Of a DNA stretch of 64,000 nt, positions 1 through 8,362 are shown piece by piece. The first letter of the stretch is position 1. Every line of letters begins with the position of its first letter. This DNA comes from an uncultured Methanosarcinales archaeon. GTDB taxonomy: Archaea > Nanobdellota > Nanobdellia > Woesearchaeales > CAYZNE01. The translations under genes were made by a program, and so were the position numbers. The notes below the pieces were generated by a model. It saw only the letters and a program-made list of their open reading frames with translations, was not told where the DNA came from and did not search any database. The stretch is taken from NCBI GenBank assembly GCA_964461035.1, contig CAYWRI010000002.1, forward strand, positions 11,129 through 75,128. Reading direction: 5' to 3'.

Positions 1-441
1 ATGAGGTAGTAAATCCATAATATAATAACCTCCACCAATAAAGTAATTATCTTTGTAATTAAGCATGTGTTCAAACAAAGATTTTATTCCTTCTTTACCT
101 CTGAAAATTTCAATGTTTATTTTGGGTTTTTTAGAATTATAAATTTTATTTATATCTGGAAGAATATTTTGAAGTTCGTTCAATTTTTTCTTTTGTTCAA
201 ATATTTCTTCTTGAAGTTTATTTGGTGGTGCAATCTGATATGTTCTCTTATTTTTTTCAATAGTATAAGTGATTAAACCTTTTTTTATTAGTTTGTTAAT
301 AATATCATAAATTGCTCTTCGTTCAAAACCTGTTTTTTCATGAATTTCATTAATACTTGATATTCCAATATTTAGAATTGCAGTATAAACTTTGATTTCT
401 CCTTGACTTAATCCTAATATTTTTAGTTCTTTTAATTCCAC
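1..441 (-). CDS. TrmB-family transcriptional regulator (paralogue of 1427..2173). Partial: the C-terminus runs off the window. GTG start at 441.
   Basis: My own reverse-strand translation gives VELKELKILGLSQGEIKVYTAILNIGISSINEIHEKTGFERRAIYDIINKLIKKGLITYTIEKNKRTYQIAPPNKLQEE..., which is collinear with the N-terminal winged-HTH of the 248-aa ORF at 1427..2173. The frame stays open to position 1. The six-frame track does not list it because there is no stop inside the window. Confidence 0.55.
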   Translation of the reverse strand, partial: MELKELKILGLSQGEIKVYTAILNIGISSINEIHEKTGFERRAIYDIINKLIKKGLITYTIEKNKRTYQIAPPNKLQEEIFEQKKKLNELQNILPDINKIYNSKKPKINIEIFRGKEGIKSLFEHMLNYKDNYFIGGGYYIMDLLPH

Positions 442-470
442 ATAATTTGGAGTATTTAATAAATATATAA

Positions 471-1394
471 ATGTTGTGGTATAATACTACCCCACATATG
501 TTTAAATACTTCATTTGTTTCCACTATTACATGGCAATAAAAGGACTGGATTTAACCCAAAAAATTAATAATATTATTAAATATTATCCTAAATCGATAG
601 AAAAAGTAACCGAGGCAATTCAAAATATTAGTGAATTAAAAACTGGTAAACTCTATGTTAATCCTCTTTGGATTTCTCTAAAAGATCCAGTCTGTAAATA
701 CACTATACACTATCTTGTTTTATTAAATGCTGAAAATCCACTTATTGAAATTACCACTTTTTCAAAACTAGAAATAATAACTAGAAAAATAAATTCTACA
801 ACTAAAATATCTAAACCTTCTCCTTCACAACCTGATTATCAAATATTATCTTTTTTATTAGATTATAAGAATATAAATTATGAGTATATTTCAATGGTTG
901 CTAAATTTATTACAAATGAATCAAATGATAGTTTCAAAATGGACCAACCTAAAGAATTAAAAGATAAAAAATTAGAAATTTACTGGAACGAAGAAAATAA
1001 AAATACTGAATGTAATATAACAAGAATAAATAATTTTTTTTATGCAAACGCAAACTCTTACAAATTAAAGCTATCAAATGTTCTTATTGGAGAAGACATA
1101 ATTTGTGAAAAAATAAAACCTGAACTCTTAGGTTTATATTTAGAATTTTTGCAGAGTATAAATAAATCTATGAACTGGAAAAAAACAATGAAAACAAGAT
1201 TTTTACAGTTATGGTCTAACGAAAAGTATTTTACAAAACAAGAAGATGGAATAACTCGACCAACAGCTCTCGGATTAGAAAGACTGATGAAAGAAGGATT
1301 TGGTTCGATAAAATATTCTGCGACAGACTTTTCTTTACAAACAGGAATTGTTGTGAATCCTTACGAATTATGTCAAGAATATTCTAAAAAATGA
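471..1394 (+). CDS. Hypothetical protein sitting between two divergently oriented TrmB-like genes. The start may be the internal Met at about 531 (MAIKGLDL...).
   Basis: 307-codon ORF with no recognisable motifs. Its position between two TrmB paralogues on the opposite strand suggests it is a regulated cargo gene. Confidence 0.45.
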   Translation: MLWYNTTPHMFKYFICFHYYMAIKGLDLTQKINNIIKYYPKSIEKVTEAIQNISELKTGKLYVNPLWISLKDPVCKYTIHYLVLLNAENPLIEITTFSKLEIITRKINSTTKISKPSPSQPDYQILSFLLDYKNINYEYISMVAKFITNESNDSFKMDQPKELKDKKLEIYWNEENKNTECNITRINNFFYANANSYKLKLSNVLIGEDIICEKIKPELLGLYLEFLQSINKSMNWKKTMKTRFLQLWSNEKYFTKQEDGITRPTALGLERLMKEGFGSIKYSATDFSLQTGIVVNPYELCQEYSKK

Positions 1395-1426
1395 AAACAA
1401 AGAATTAAAAAAGAATTAAATAAAAA

Positions 1427-2173
1427 TCAAGTTTTATTAGCAACAGGCCATAAAGTGTTAAAGAATACTTTAAAAGATAAAACAATATCTGGATGTTTAA
1501 TTAATAGGCAGGATGATTCTTCACCATACGTTGTTATAAGAATTGAATCTCCAACAATACCTATTGATGCAGGAGTTATTCCTTTTAAGATTTTAGTTTG
1601 AGTTTTTTTCATTTGTTTAAACACTTTGAAATATTTAGAATTATTTTCAGAAAATAACATTTTACAAGCAATATTTTTTTTAATTCTTTTACTATGCCAA
1701 TGTTTCCACATAATATTATATTTAATATCTCTTGAAAGATTTATTCCCATGATCAAAATCTCATCTTTTGAAGAAATATTATTAAGTGTGTCAAAAATAA
1801 CTGTTTTAATACCTTCATATCCTACATACAATTGAGAATCATATTTTATTGCCGTATTTTTCAAAGAAAAAAGAGAGGGTAATTGATCTTCTATTTTTTC
1901 TTTTTTTTCCTTCAATAATTCTTCTTTTTCATCTATATAATTAAGAATCTTATTAGGATGCGCTGCACTAAAATGCTTTATATTTTTTTTAATAATATAA
2001 CTGACAAGACCTTTTTTTATTAATTTATTTAGAATTACATATATTTTTCCACCAGATATATCTGCTTTATCTAATATGTTTCCAGTTGTTGCTTGTCCAA
2101 GATTAAGTAATGCAAGATAAACTTTAATTTCTCCTTTAGTAAGACCTATATCTTCAAGTAATTGAACATCCAT
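1427..2173 (-). CDS. TrmB-family transcriptional regulator (N-terminal wHTH plus a C-terminal sugar-binding-like domain).
   Basis: N-terminus LEDIGLTKGEIKVYLALLNLGQATTGNILDKADISGGKIYVILNKLIKKGLV is a typical TrmB wHTH. At 248 aa the size matches TrmB-like regulators. Confidence 0.6.
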   Translation of the reverse strand: MDVQLLEDIGLTKGEIKVYLALLNLGQATTGNILDKADISGGKIYVILNKLIKKGLVSYIIKKNIKHFSAAHPNKILNYIDEKEELLKEKKEKIEDQLPSLFSLKNTAIKYDSQLYVGYEGIKTVIFDTLNNISSKDEILIMGINLSRDIKYNIMWKHWHSKRIKKNIACKMLFSENNSKYFKVFKQMKKTQTKILKGITPASIGIVGDSILITTYGEESSCLLIKHPDIVLSFKVFFNTLWPVANKT

Positions 2174-2209
2174 AATTGGATAATATTTATTCTAATTAAT
2201 AAAGTTTTC

Positions 2210-2227
2210 TATTGCTCCCTACTAGGT
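2210..2227. promoter_or_regulatory. Inverted repeat CTCCC-N8-GGGAG in the divergent promoter region between the TrmB gene and ORF 2287. A TATA-like 'ctattatatatt' lies just downstream. Candidate operator.
   Basis: Seen directly: gctccctactaggtgggagg. This is a GC-rich palindrome in an otherwise AT-rich intergenic region, immediately upstream of a TATA-like element about 35-45 nt before the ATG at 2287. Confidence 0.25.
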
Positions 2228-2286
2228 GGGAGGGAACTATTATATATTCTATAAGCACTCCTAATAAGTAAACACAGGTGATAAAC

Positions 2287-2979
2287 ATGAAAAATTACTT
2301 ATCAAAACTAAAAAATAAATTCGGAAAAAACAATACCCCTCCCAATAACAATGCATTTCAAAATTTTTTATATGTACTAATAGCAATGGTTGTTTCGGGA
2401 GGATCTCAGAAATTACAGGCTAATTCAATTGAATTAATTTATGGTCAAAAAGATCAAACCAAAAATTGGACATTGGATCAAAAAATTACTACAGATGTTG
2501 GTCCAGTAAATATTTTTCTAAGAAATAAAATAAAAGGAGAACAAGGTAAAGATGATGTAAATTATTTTGGAATAGTTGATTTAACATATCCTTTGAATCA
2601 GGGTATAGAAATTGTTGGAGAAGCTCAATTAATTCAGGGAGTAGGTATTGATTATAGAATAGGACTTAGTATATTCAAACAAGCTGGAGACTTTAGTATT
2701 TTTTCAGTAGGAACAGCATCTACAAAAACTCCTGGAAATATAGAACTTTTAACTGATTCAAACTATGAGATTCAGTTAACTAAAGACCAATATATAAATT
2801 TAGGTCTTGAAACAGTTACAAACATGACTTATGAAGATCTTAATTTTAGTACTGAAAAATTAAGCATAATGTTCAGTCCAAATGAGGGCACATTTTCTTT
2901 TGGTCCTAATGTAACTGTTTCGCAAAGCAATATTGCTCCAACTTATAATGTTGGTGCAAGTGCTAAATTAAAGTTCTAA
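2287..2979 (+). CDS. Hypothetical beta-rich protein with an internal hydrophobic segment (FLYVLIAMVVSGG) and a C-terminal Phe. The track start at 2278 is GTG; the ATG at 2287 is preferred.
   Basis: SD-like 'aggtga' lies 5 nt upstream of the ATG at 2287. The sequence shows an alternating polar/hydrophobic pattern and ends ...SAKLKF. Confidence 0.45.
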   Translation: MKNYLSKLKNKFGKNNTPPNNNAFQNFLYVLIAMVVSGGSQKLQANSIELIYGQKDQTKNWTLDQKITTDVGPVNIFLRNKIKGEQGKDDVNYFGIVDLTYPLNQGIEIVGEAQLIQGVGIDYRIGLSIFKQAGDFSIFSVGTASTKTPGNIELLTDSNYEIQLTKDQYINLGLETVTNMTYEDLNFSTEKLSIMFSPNEGTFSFGPNVTVSQSNIAPTYNVGASAKLKF

Positions 2980-2988
2980 AATAATAAA

Positions 2989-3672
2989 ATGAACGCAAAA
3001 ATAGATATGGAAGAAATTTATGCAATTCAAAGAGGCATGCAGAGTAATTTTACTAACACACCTCTTGAAGGAAAAATCGTAAAATATTTGGATAAAGAAT
3101 TTATTGTTTTTCCAACAGTTTTTCATCCTTCTGAAGATAGTAAAGCTTTAGTACAACATTTAATAAGAACTAATAAATTTAAAGATAAAAAAGTATTGGA
3201 TTTATGCACGGGTTCTGGAGTTATTGCGATTTATGCGGCAATTTATGGTGCAGAAAGTGTTGTTGCTTTAGATATTAATCCTGAAGCAATAAGAGCTACA
3301 AAAGAAAATGCACAAAGATATAATGTTTCAAAAATTATAGAAGCTAAAGTTTCTGATATGTATTCAAGTTTAGATCCTTCAGATAGATTTGACGTAATCA
3401 CTATGAATCCACCGTTTACGCCTCATGAAGCAAGTAACTATGTTGAACAAACAATGTGGGATAATAATTTTCAAGTACATCATGATTTTTTTAAAAAATT
3501 AAATAATTATCTTGCATATAATGAGCATGCACATATTACACAATCAAGTTTTGGCGCAGTAAATGAAATGAAAGAAATGGCAGACCAAGCAGGTTTCAAT
3601 TGTTTACTTGTAGGAAAAAACTATGTTGATGAACTCAGAACATTCTATGCTTTTCAATTAAGTAGAAAATAA
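2989..3672 (+). CDS. Class I SAM-dependent methyltransferase, HemK/Mtq2-like (MTS domain).
   Basis: SAM-binding motif I LDLCTGSGVIAI, the NPPF motif (ITMNPPFTP) typical of HemK/PrmC/Mtq2 and N6-MTases, and an N-terminal FPTVFHPSEDSKALV that resembles Mtq2. Confidence 0.7.
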   Translation: MNAKIDMEEIYAIQRGMQSNFTNTPLEGKIVKYLDKEFIVFPTVFHPSEDSKALVQHLIRTNKFKDKKVLDLCTGSGVIAIYAAIYGAESVVALDINPEAIRATKENAQRYNVSKIIEAKVSDMYSSLDPSDRFDVITMNPPFTPHEASNYVEQTMWDNNFQVHHDFFKKLNNYLAYNEHAHITQSSFGAVNEMKEMADQAGFNCLLVGKNYVDELRTFYAFQLSRK

Positions 3673-3723
3673 AATAAATAAAATAAATAAAAAAATTAAA
3701 ATAAATTAATAAAAGAAAAAAAA

Positions 3724-6207
3724 CTAAAACCCAACACTAAAGTCGCCATCTTTGAAATCAATGTTTTTTATTTTGATTGTGGACTTGATTGTTTTTTCGA
3801 AAAGCAAAATTAGATCTTTTTCTTCAGCATTACAAGTTATTGTTGCATTAGATAATTCTTCGTTCAAAGACATTTTATTATCCGATTTATATTTTCTAAC
3901 ATTTGCAATAATTTTAACTGCTAATTCTCCTGCATTTTCTATTTTTTCATCCCTATTCTTATCAGAATATTCAGGCCACTTAGATATGTGTATGCTTTTT
4001 TCACCTTCAAAATTTTTGAAAAACATTTGATAAATTTCTTCTGTTATGAAAGGTGTGAATGGGGCAAAGAGTTTTAATATGTTCAATAATGTGTTGTATA
4101 AAGTGAACTTAAAACTTTCTAGTTCTTCTTGAGAATAAGCTTCTGAATTGAATACTTTATCTTTAACCATTTCAAGATAATAATCACAAAAAGTATTCCA
4201 AAAGAAATTATCTACAACCGCCTTTGCTTTTGAAAATTCATAATTATCAAACTCTTCTGTTGCAGATTTTATCACATCACGCAATTTGCTTATTAACCAT
4301 TTATCTGTATTTGATAGTTTTTCAAAATGAATTTCTTTTGGAGTGTAATCCTGAAGATTCATAATGGCAAAACGAGATGCATTCCAAAGTTTTGTTATTG
4401 TTTTTTTACCTGTTACTATATCTTTTTCTGGAAAAGCAAGATCTTCACCAAGTTTACAAGACGCAGACATATATCTTAATGCATCAGCGCCATATTTGTC
4501 TATTATTATTTTAGGTTCAATAACATTGCCTTTTGATTTAGACATCTTTTTTCCTTTTGGATCGAGCATCCAACCATTAATAAAACAAACATCCCAAGGT
4601 TTCATATTAAAATGTAAATTACTTTTTACAACTGTGTTAAATAACCAAAAAGAAATTATATCATGCCCTTGAGGTCTTAAGCTCATAGGATTGTCTATAA
4701 GCTGTTGATAAACAGGTTTTCCTTTAAATAATTCTTTAACTATTGTTGGAGTTAAAGATGATGTTGACCAAGTATTTAGTATGTCTGTTTCAGGAATAAA
4801 TTCTGTGCAACCACATTTAGGACATTTATCTACAGGTGCTTTATCTTCAATAGGATCAACAGGTAAATCTTCTTCTTTTGCAAGAATTATTTCATCACAA
4901 TTTTTACAATACCAAACTGGAAAAGGTATTCCAAATGGAAGTTGACGAGAAATACACCAATCCCATGCAAGACCATTTACCCAATTATCAAATCTGTTTT
5001 TCATGTGACTAGGATGCCATTCAAGAGTGTTTCCCCATTTAAACATTTCATCTTTTAAGTCAAGGTATTTGATAAACCATTGTTTTGAATGAACAAACTC
5101 TATTGGTGTTCCACATCGTTCATGTACATTAACCGCATGTTTAATTGGTTTTTGAGATTTCAAAAGATCTTGAGATTTCATGTCTTCAATAATTTGTTTT
5201 CTTGCTTCTTCTATTTTTAGACCTTGATATTTTTCTGCAAGAGCAGTCATTTTTCCATCCCTGCCGATTGCTTCTTTTATGGGGAGCTTGTGTATTTTTT
5301 GCCATTCCATATCTGTTTGATCTCCAAAAGTACAACACATAACTATTCCTGTTCCTTTTTCAGGATCTGCTCTTTCGTCTTCCATAATTGGAACTTCAAT
5401 GTCAAACAAAGGAACTTTTGCTTTTTTACCTTTCAAATGTTGATACCGTTTATCTGTTGGATGATAGAATACTGCAACGCATGCAGGTAATAATTCAGGT
5501 CTTGTAGTTGCAATAATTAATTCTTTTCCATCAACTTTGAAAACAATATCATTAAAAAAAGAATCTATGTCTTTGTCCTCACATTCTACTTGAGATATTG
5601 CAGTTCTACACTTTGGACAATACATTGCAGGTGCTTCTGTTCTATATTCTCTTCCTTGATTATACAAATCAATAAATGATTTTTGAGATATTTTCTGACA
5701 ATGAGGATCAATAGTTGAATAATTAACATCAAAATCACAACTTATTCCTAATCGTTTCCAATCTTGAATATACTTTGGTTTAAGTTCATCATTCAATGTT
5801 TTTAAACACAATTCTCTGAATTCTTTTTTACCAATGTTTCCTGCTCTTAATTTTTTTAATTTTTCAATTAACAACTTAGTTGGAAGACCATTATCGTCAG
5901 TTCCAAATGGTTGAAGAACATTATAACCCTTCATTCTTTTGTATCTTGCAATAAAATCTTGCTGAGAATTTCCAAAAGCATGACCTAGATGCATTTTTCC
6001 ACTAACAGTTGGGGGAGGTGTATCAATAGAATATATATTTTCAGGATTTTCAGCATCAAAAGAATAAATATTATTTTCTTCCCAAAATTTCTGCCATTTT
6101 ATTTCTGATTCTGCAGGATTATATTTTTTAGGAAGCTCTTTTTCATTTGTGAGGTTCTGTTTTTCAAGGGTATTTTCCCTATTAGTTTTATTTTCCATTT
6201 TTATCAA
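3724..6207 (-). CDS. valS: Valyl-tRNA synthetase (class I aaRS).
   Basis: HIGH-type motif PPPTVSGKMHLGHAF, KMSKS motif KMSKSKGNVIEP, GTDDNGLPT, and WCISRQ (typical of ValRS/IleRS). 827 aa fits an archaeal ValRS. Assignment to Val over Leu or Ile is by motif resemblance only. Confidence 0.7.
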   Translation of the reverse strand: MIKMENKTNRENTLEKQNLTNEKELPKKYNPAESEIKWQKFWEENNIYSFDAENPENIYSIDTPPPTVSGKMHLGHAFGNSQQDFIARYKRMKGYNVLQPFGTDDNGLPTKLLIEKLKKLRAGNIGKKEFRELCLKTLNDELKPKYIQDWKRLGISCDFDVNYSTIDPHCQKISQKSFIDLYNQGREYRTEAPAMYCPKCRTAISQVECEDKDIDSFFNDIVFKVDGKELIIATTRPELLPACVAVFYHPTDKRYQHLKGKKAKVPLFDIEVPIMEDERADPEKGTGIVMCCTFGDQTDMEWQKIHKLPIKEAIGRDGKMTALAEKYQGLKIEEARKQIIEDMKSQDLLKSQKPIKHAVNVHERCGTPIEFVHSKQWFIKYLDLKDEMFKWGNTLEWHPSHMKNRFDNWVNGLAWDWCISRQLPFGIPFPVWYCKNCDEIILAKEEDLPVDPIEDKAPVDKCPKCGCTEFIPETDILNTWSTSSLTPTIVKELFKGKPVYQQLIDNPMSLRPQGHDIISFWLFNTVVKSNLHFNMKPWDVCFINGWMLDPKGKKMSKSKGNVIEPKIIIDKYGADALRYMSASCKLGEDLAFPEKDIVTGKKTITKLWNASRFAIMNLQDYTPKEIHFEKLSNTDKWLISKLRDVIKSATEEFDNYEFSKAKAVVDNFFWNTFCDYYLEMVKDKVFNSEAYSQEELESFKFTLYNTLLNILKLFAPFTPFITEEIYQMFFKNFEGEKSIHISKWPEYSDKNRDEKIENAGELAVKIIANVRKYKSDNKMSLNEELSNATITCNAEEKDLILLFEKTIKSTIKIKNIDFKDGDFSVGF

Positions 6208-6356
6208 CTTTGATGATTATTTAATATATTTATTTATAGACTTTAAATTTTTTCTTGTTATAGAATTTATTTAATCGTTTTAGTATCTAATCAAGAAAGC
6301 CTATGAATGTGCTTACTGCACCACTAAAATGACATTTACTCTCATAATCATATAGG

Positions 6357-6554
6357 ATGGTTAAATTATTTAAAAATGTTTTTTATTTTTCTAATAAAGA
6401 AAGCTCTGATTTCGAAATTGAGTTAGTGATAAAAGATCTTACAGAATTGTTAAAAATTATGAACGATATAAAAAAAAGATTCAAAGATGTACTTAGAAAC
6501 GCAAGTTACTTTAGTTATTCAACTTATTTCTTACTAAATTATGTACCTGATTAA
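6357..6554 (+). CDS. Small hypothetical ORF (65 aa) in the 500-bp valS / ORF 6707 intergenic region. Uncertain.
   Basis: This is the only ORF in a long intergenic gap. There is no motif support. Confidence 0.15.
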   Translation: MVKLFKNVFYFSNKESSDFEIELVIKDLTELLKIMNDIKKRFKDVLRNASYFSYSTYFLLNYVPD

Positions 6555-6706
6555 ATGTGGGTAAAGAAATAAAATTTATTAATAAAAGAAATCATAAAAA
6601 AATAGACATTATTAATGTGTTGAAGATTTTTACAGACGCTCATCGCTTATTTTATAAATCTCCGCAATACCACATATTTAAAAAGTAATGTGCATTCTTC
6701 TCTAAA

Positions 6707-7711
6707 ATGTTAGAACAAATGTTGGGACAATTAGGGAATTTAAATATAAATAACTCAGAAATGAATAACTCACAAGATTTTATTCATATTTATAGAAAAA
6801 ATCATTTAGATTCTTCATATTATATAATAGAATTTGGTGTGCCTGAAAATAAATCCCAAGCAGATTTGCTTAGAATATTTGAATATAGATTTGAAGCAAG
6901 AGATCAAAGATACACTCGTGAAATTGATGATAGATTTGAATATTATCCAACTAAAACAAAACTAACTTGCACTGTGGTAGAATTAGCAGAAACATTTTTT
7001 GCTAAATACACTTCAGAAGAATTTGCAGAATTATTAAGACCTCATTTAAAAGAATCTGATTCAGAATACAGAATTCTTGACACTATAAAAATTCTCGATA
7101 AATATTTTCAATATGGATTCATATTCGAAGAATCAAGAACTCGTGATAAAACAAAATTTTGGAGGATTTATTCTCCTGAATTAACAAATGAAGAACTGGA
7201 AAAACTTATTCCTAAAAAATATTGGAGTAAATCAATATATCATAAAATAAATGGAGAAAGTCATTTTTCTCCATTATTGAAAAAAGGTAGAAATATTGAT
7301 TACAAAAAAGCATTCACGAATAGATATTCAGGAGTTCCTAAAAAAGATGAATTCAAAATTATTAAAGCTAAATCAAATAAGGGTAAAATAGATTCATTTG
7401 ATGAATTAAGATTTAGATATTTAAGAAGATGGCATCACCCATTTATGTTACTATATCCTGATCAAAATAGGTGGACTGGTAAAGATGAATTGCTTCCTAA
7501 TCCAAATTTATTTGAAGAAGCAGAACCTATCAAAGAAAGAATGGGTACCCTAGAATATAATTATCCAAGATTAAGAAGTCCAGAACTAAAACAAGACTTA
7601 GAAGAAATGAAAAACTCTGATCCAACTATAAAAGAAGTTCGAGAGTTAACTGACACACTTAGAGATTTCGGATTAGCTATGAGTATAATGGCAAAAGCAT
7701 TGGATCAATAG
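6707..7711 (+). CDS. Hypothetical protein (334 aa, charged, no TM segment).
   Basis: Long ORF with coding-like composition and no recognisable motifs. Confidence 0.5.
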   Translation: MLEQMLGQLGNLNINNSEMNNSQDFIHIYRKNHLDSSYYIIEFGVPENKSQADLLRIFEYRFEARDQRYTREIDDRFEYYPTKTKLTCTVVELAETFFAKYTSEEFAELLRPHLKESDSEYRILDTIKILDKYFQYGFIFEESRTRDKTKFWRIYSPELTNEELEKLIPKKYWSKSIYHKINGESHFSPLLKKGRNIDYKKAFTNRYSGVPKKDEFKIIKAKSNKGKIDSFDELRFRYLRRWHHPFMLLYPDQNRWTGKDELLPNPNLFEEAEPIKERMGTLEYNYPRLRSPELKQDLEEMKNSDPTIKEVRELTDTLRDFGLAMSIMAKALDQ

Positions 7712-7745
7712 TTTATCAAAAATCAATCTACTCAAAAAATCTAAA

Positions 7746-8303
7746 TCAATGCAAAAATCGTTTAATTCTATAAATTAGAAAAGGCCAGAATTGGATAAAA
7801 GAATGTATGAAGAAAAAACAATGTTTTGAATTAATATATTTACCTGACATTCCTGCAACTATTGGATCAAAAAAACACCAAAAAGATAAAATCTTTATAT
7901 TTTTCAATTTTAAAGATTGTAGTTTTTTAAGTAATTCTGTATTGGGTTTTAAATCCATTAAACCTTTAAATTTCTTTGGGAACAAGTAAGACAAAAATGA
8001 ACCCTTAAATGGAGAATATATGCTAACAAATTTATCGCATTTTGAAGAATCAAGCTTTTTTAAGTAATATTCAGCAACTATTCCTCCAGCACTTAAACCA
8101 ATAATAATTATTTTTTCATTTTTTCTAAGTTTTAATAGATCTATAAAATATTTAAGCTTACGTGATAGGACTTCAATAGATTCTAATAATCTTGTATCGT
8201 ATTGAAAAATTATTAATTCATAATCTGAAAGAATTTTCTTGAACAATAAATGATCAAATTTTGTTCCGAAAAAACCACCTATGAAAATTATTTTTTTATT
8301 CAT
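7746..8303 (-). CDS. Alpha/beta-hydrolase fold esterase/lipase-like protein.
   Basis: Nucleophile elbow G-L-S-A-G-G (IIIGLSAGGIVA) after a beta-strand, with downstream Asp (FFDPIV) and His candidates. 185 aa. Confidence 0.5.
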   Translation of the reverse strand: MNKKIIFIGGFFGTKFDHLLFKKILSDYELIIFQYDTRLLESIEVLSRKLKYFIDLLKLRKNEKIIIIGLSAGGIVAEYYLKKLDSSKCDKFVSIYSPFKGSFLSYLFPKKFKGLMDLKPNTELLKKLQSLKLKNIKILSFWCFFDPIVAGMSGKYINSKHCFFFIHSFIQFWPFLIYRIKRFLH

Positions 8304-8362
8304 CTTTAATTTTTTAATAATATTTTTTATAAAACTTATTAAAAAATATGAGTATCACGTAA

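Noticed and set aside
67-276. 69-aa plus-strand ORF at the window start
   Set aside because: It is low-complexity (F/I/K-rich) and lies entirely within the better-supported TrmB-like reading frame on the opposite strand (441..1). This is typical antisense ORF noise in AT-rich DNA.
3752-5490. Several 88-102-aa ORFs (3752..4030, 4364..4672, 5224..5490) on the plus strand inside valS
   Set aside because: They are antisense to a well-supported aaRS gene, hydrophobic and low-complexity, and have no motifs.
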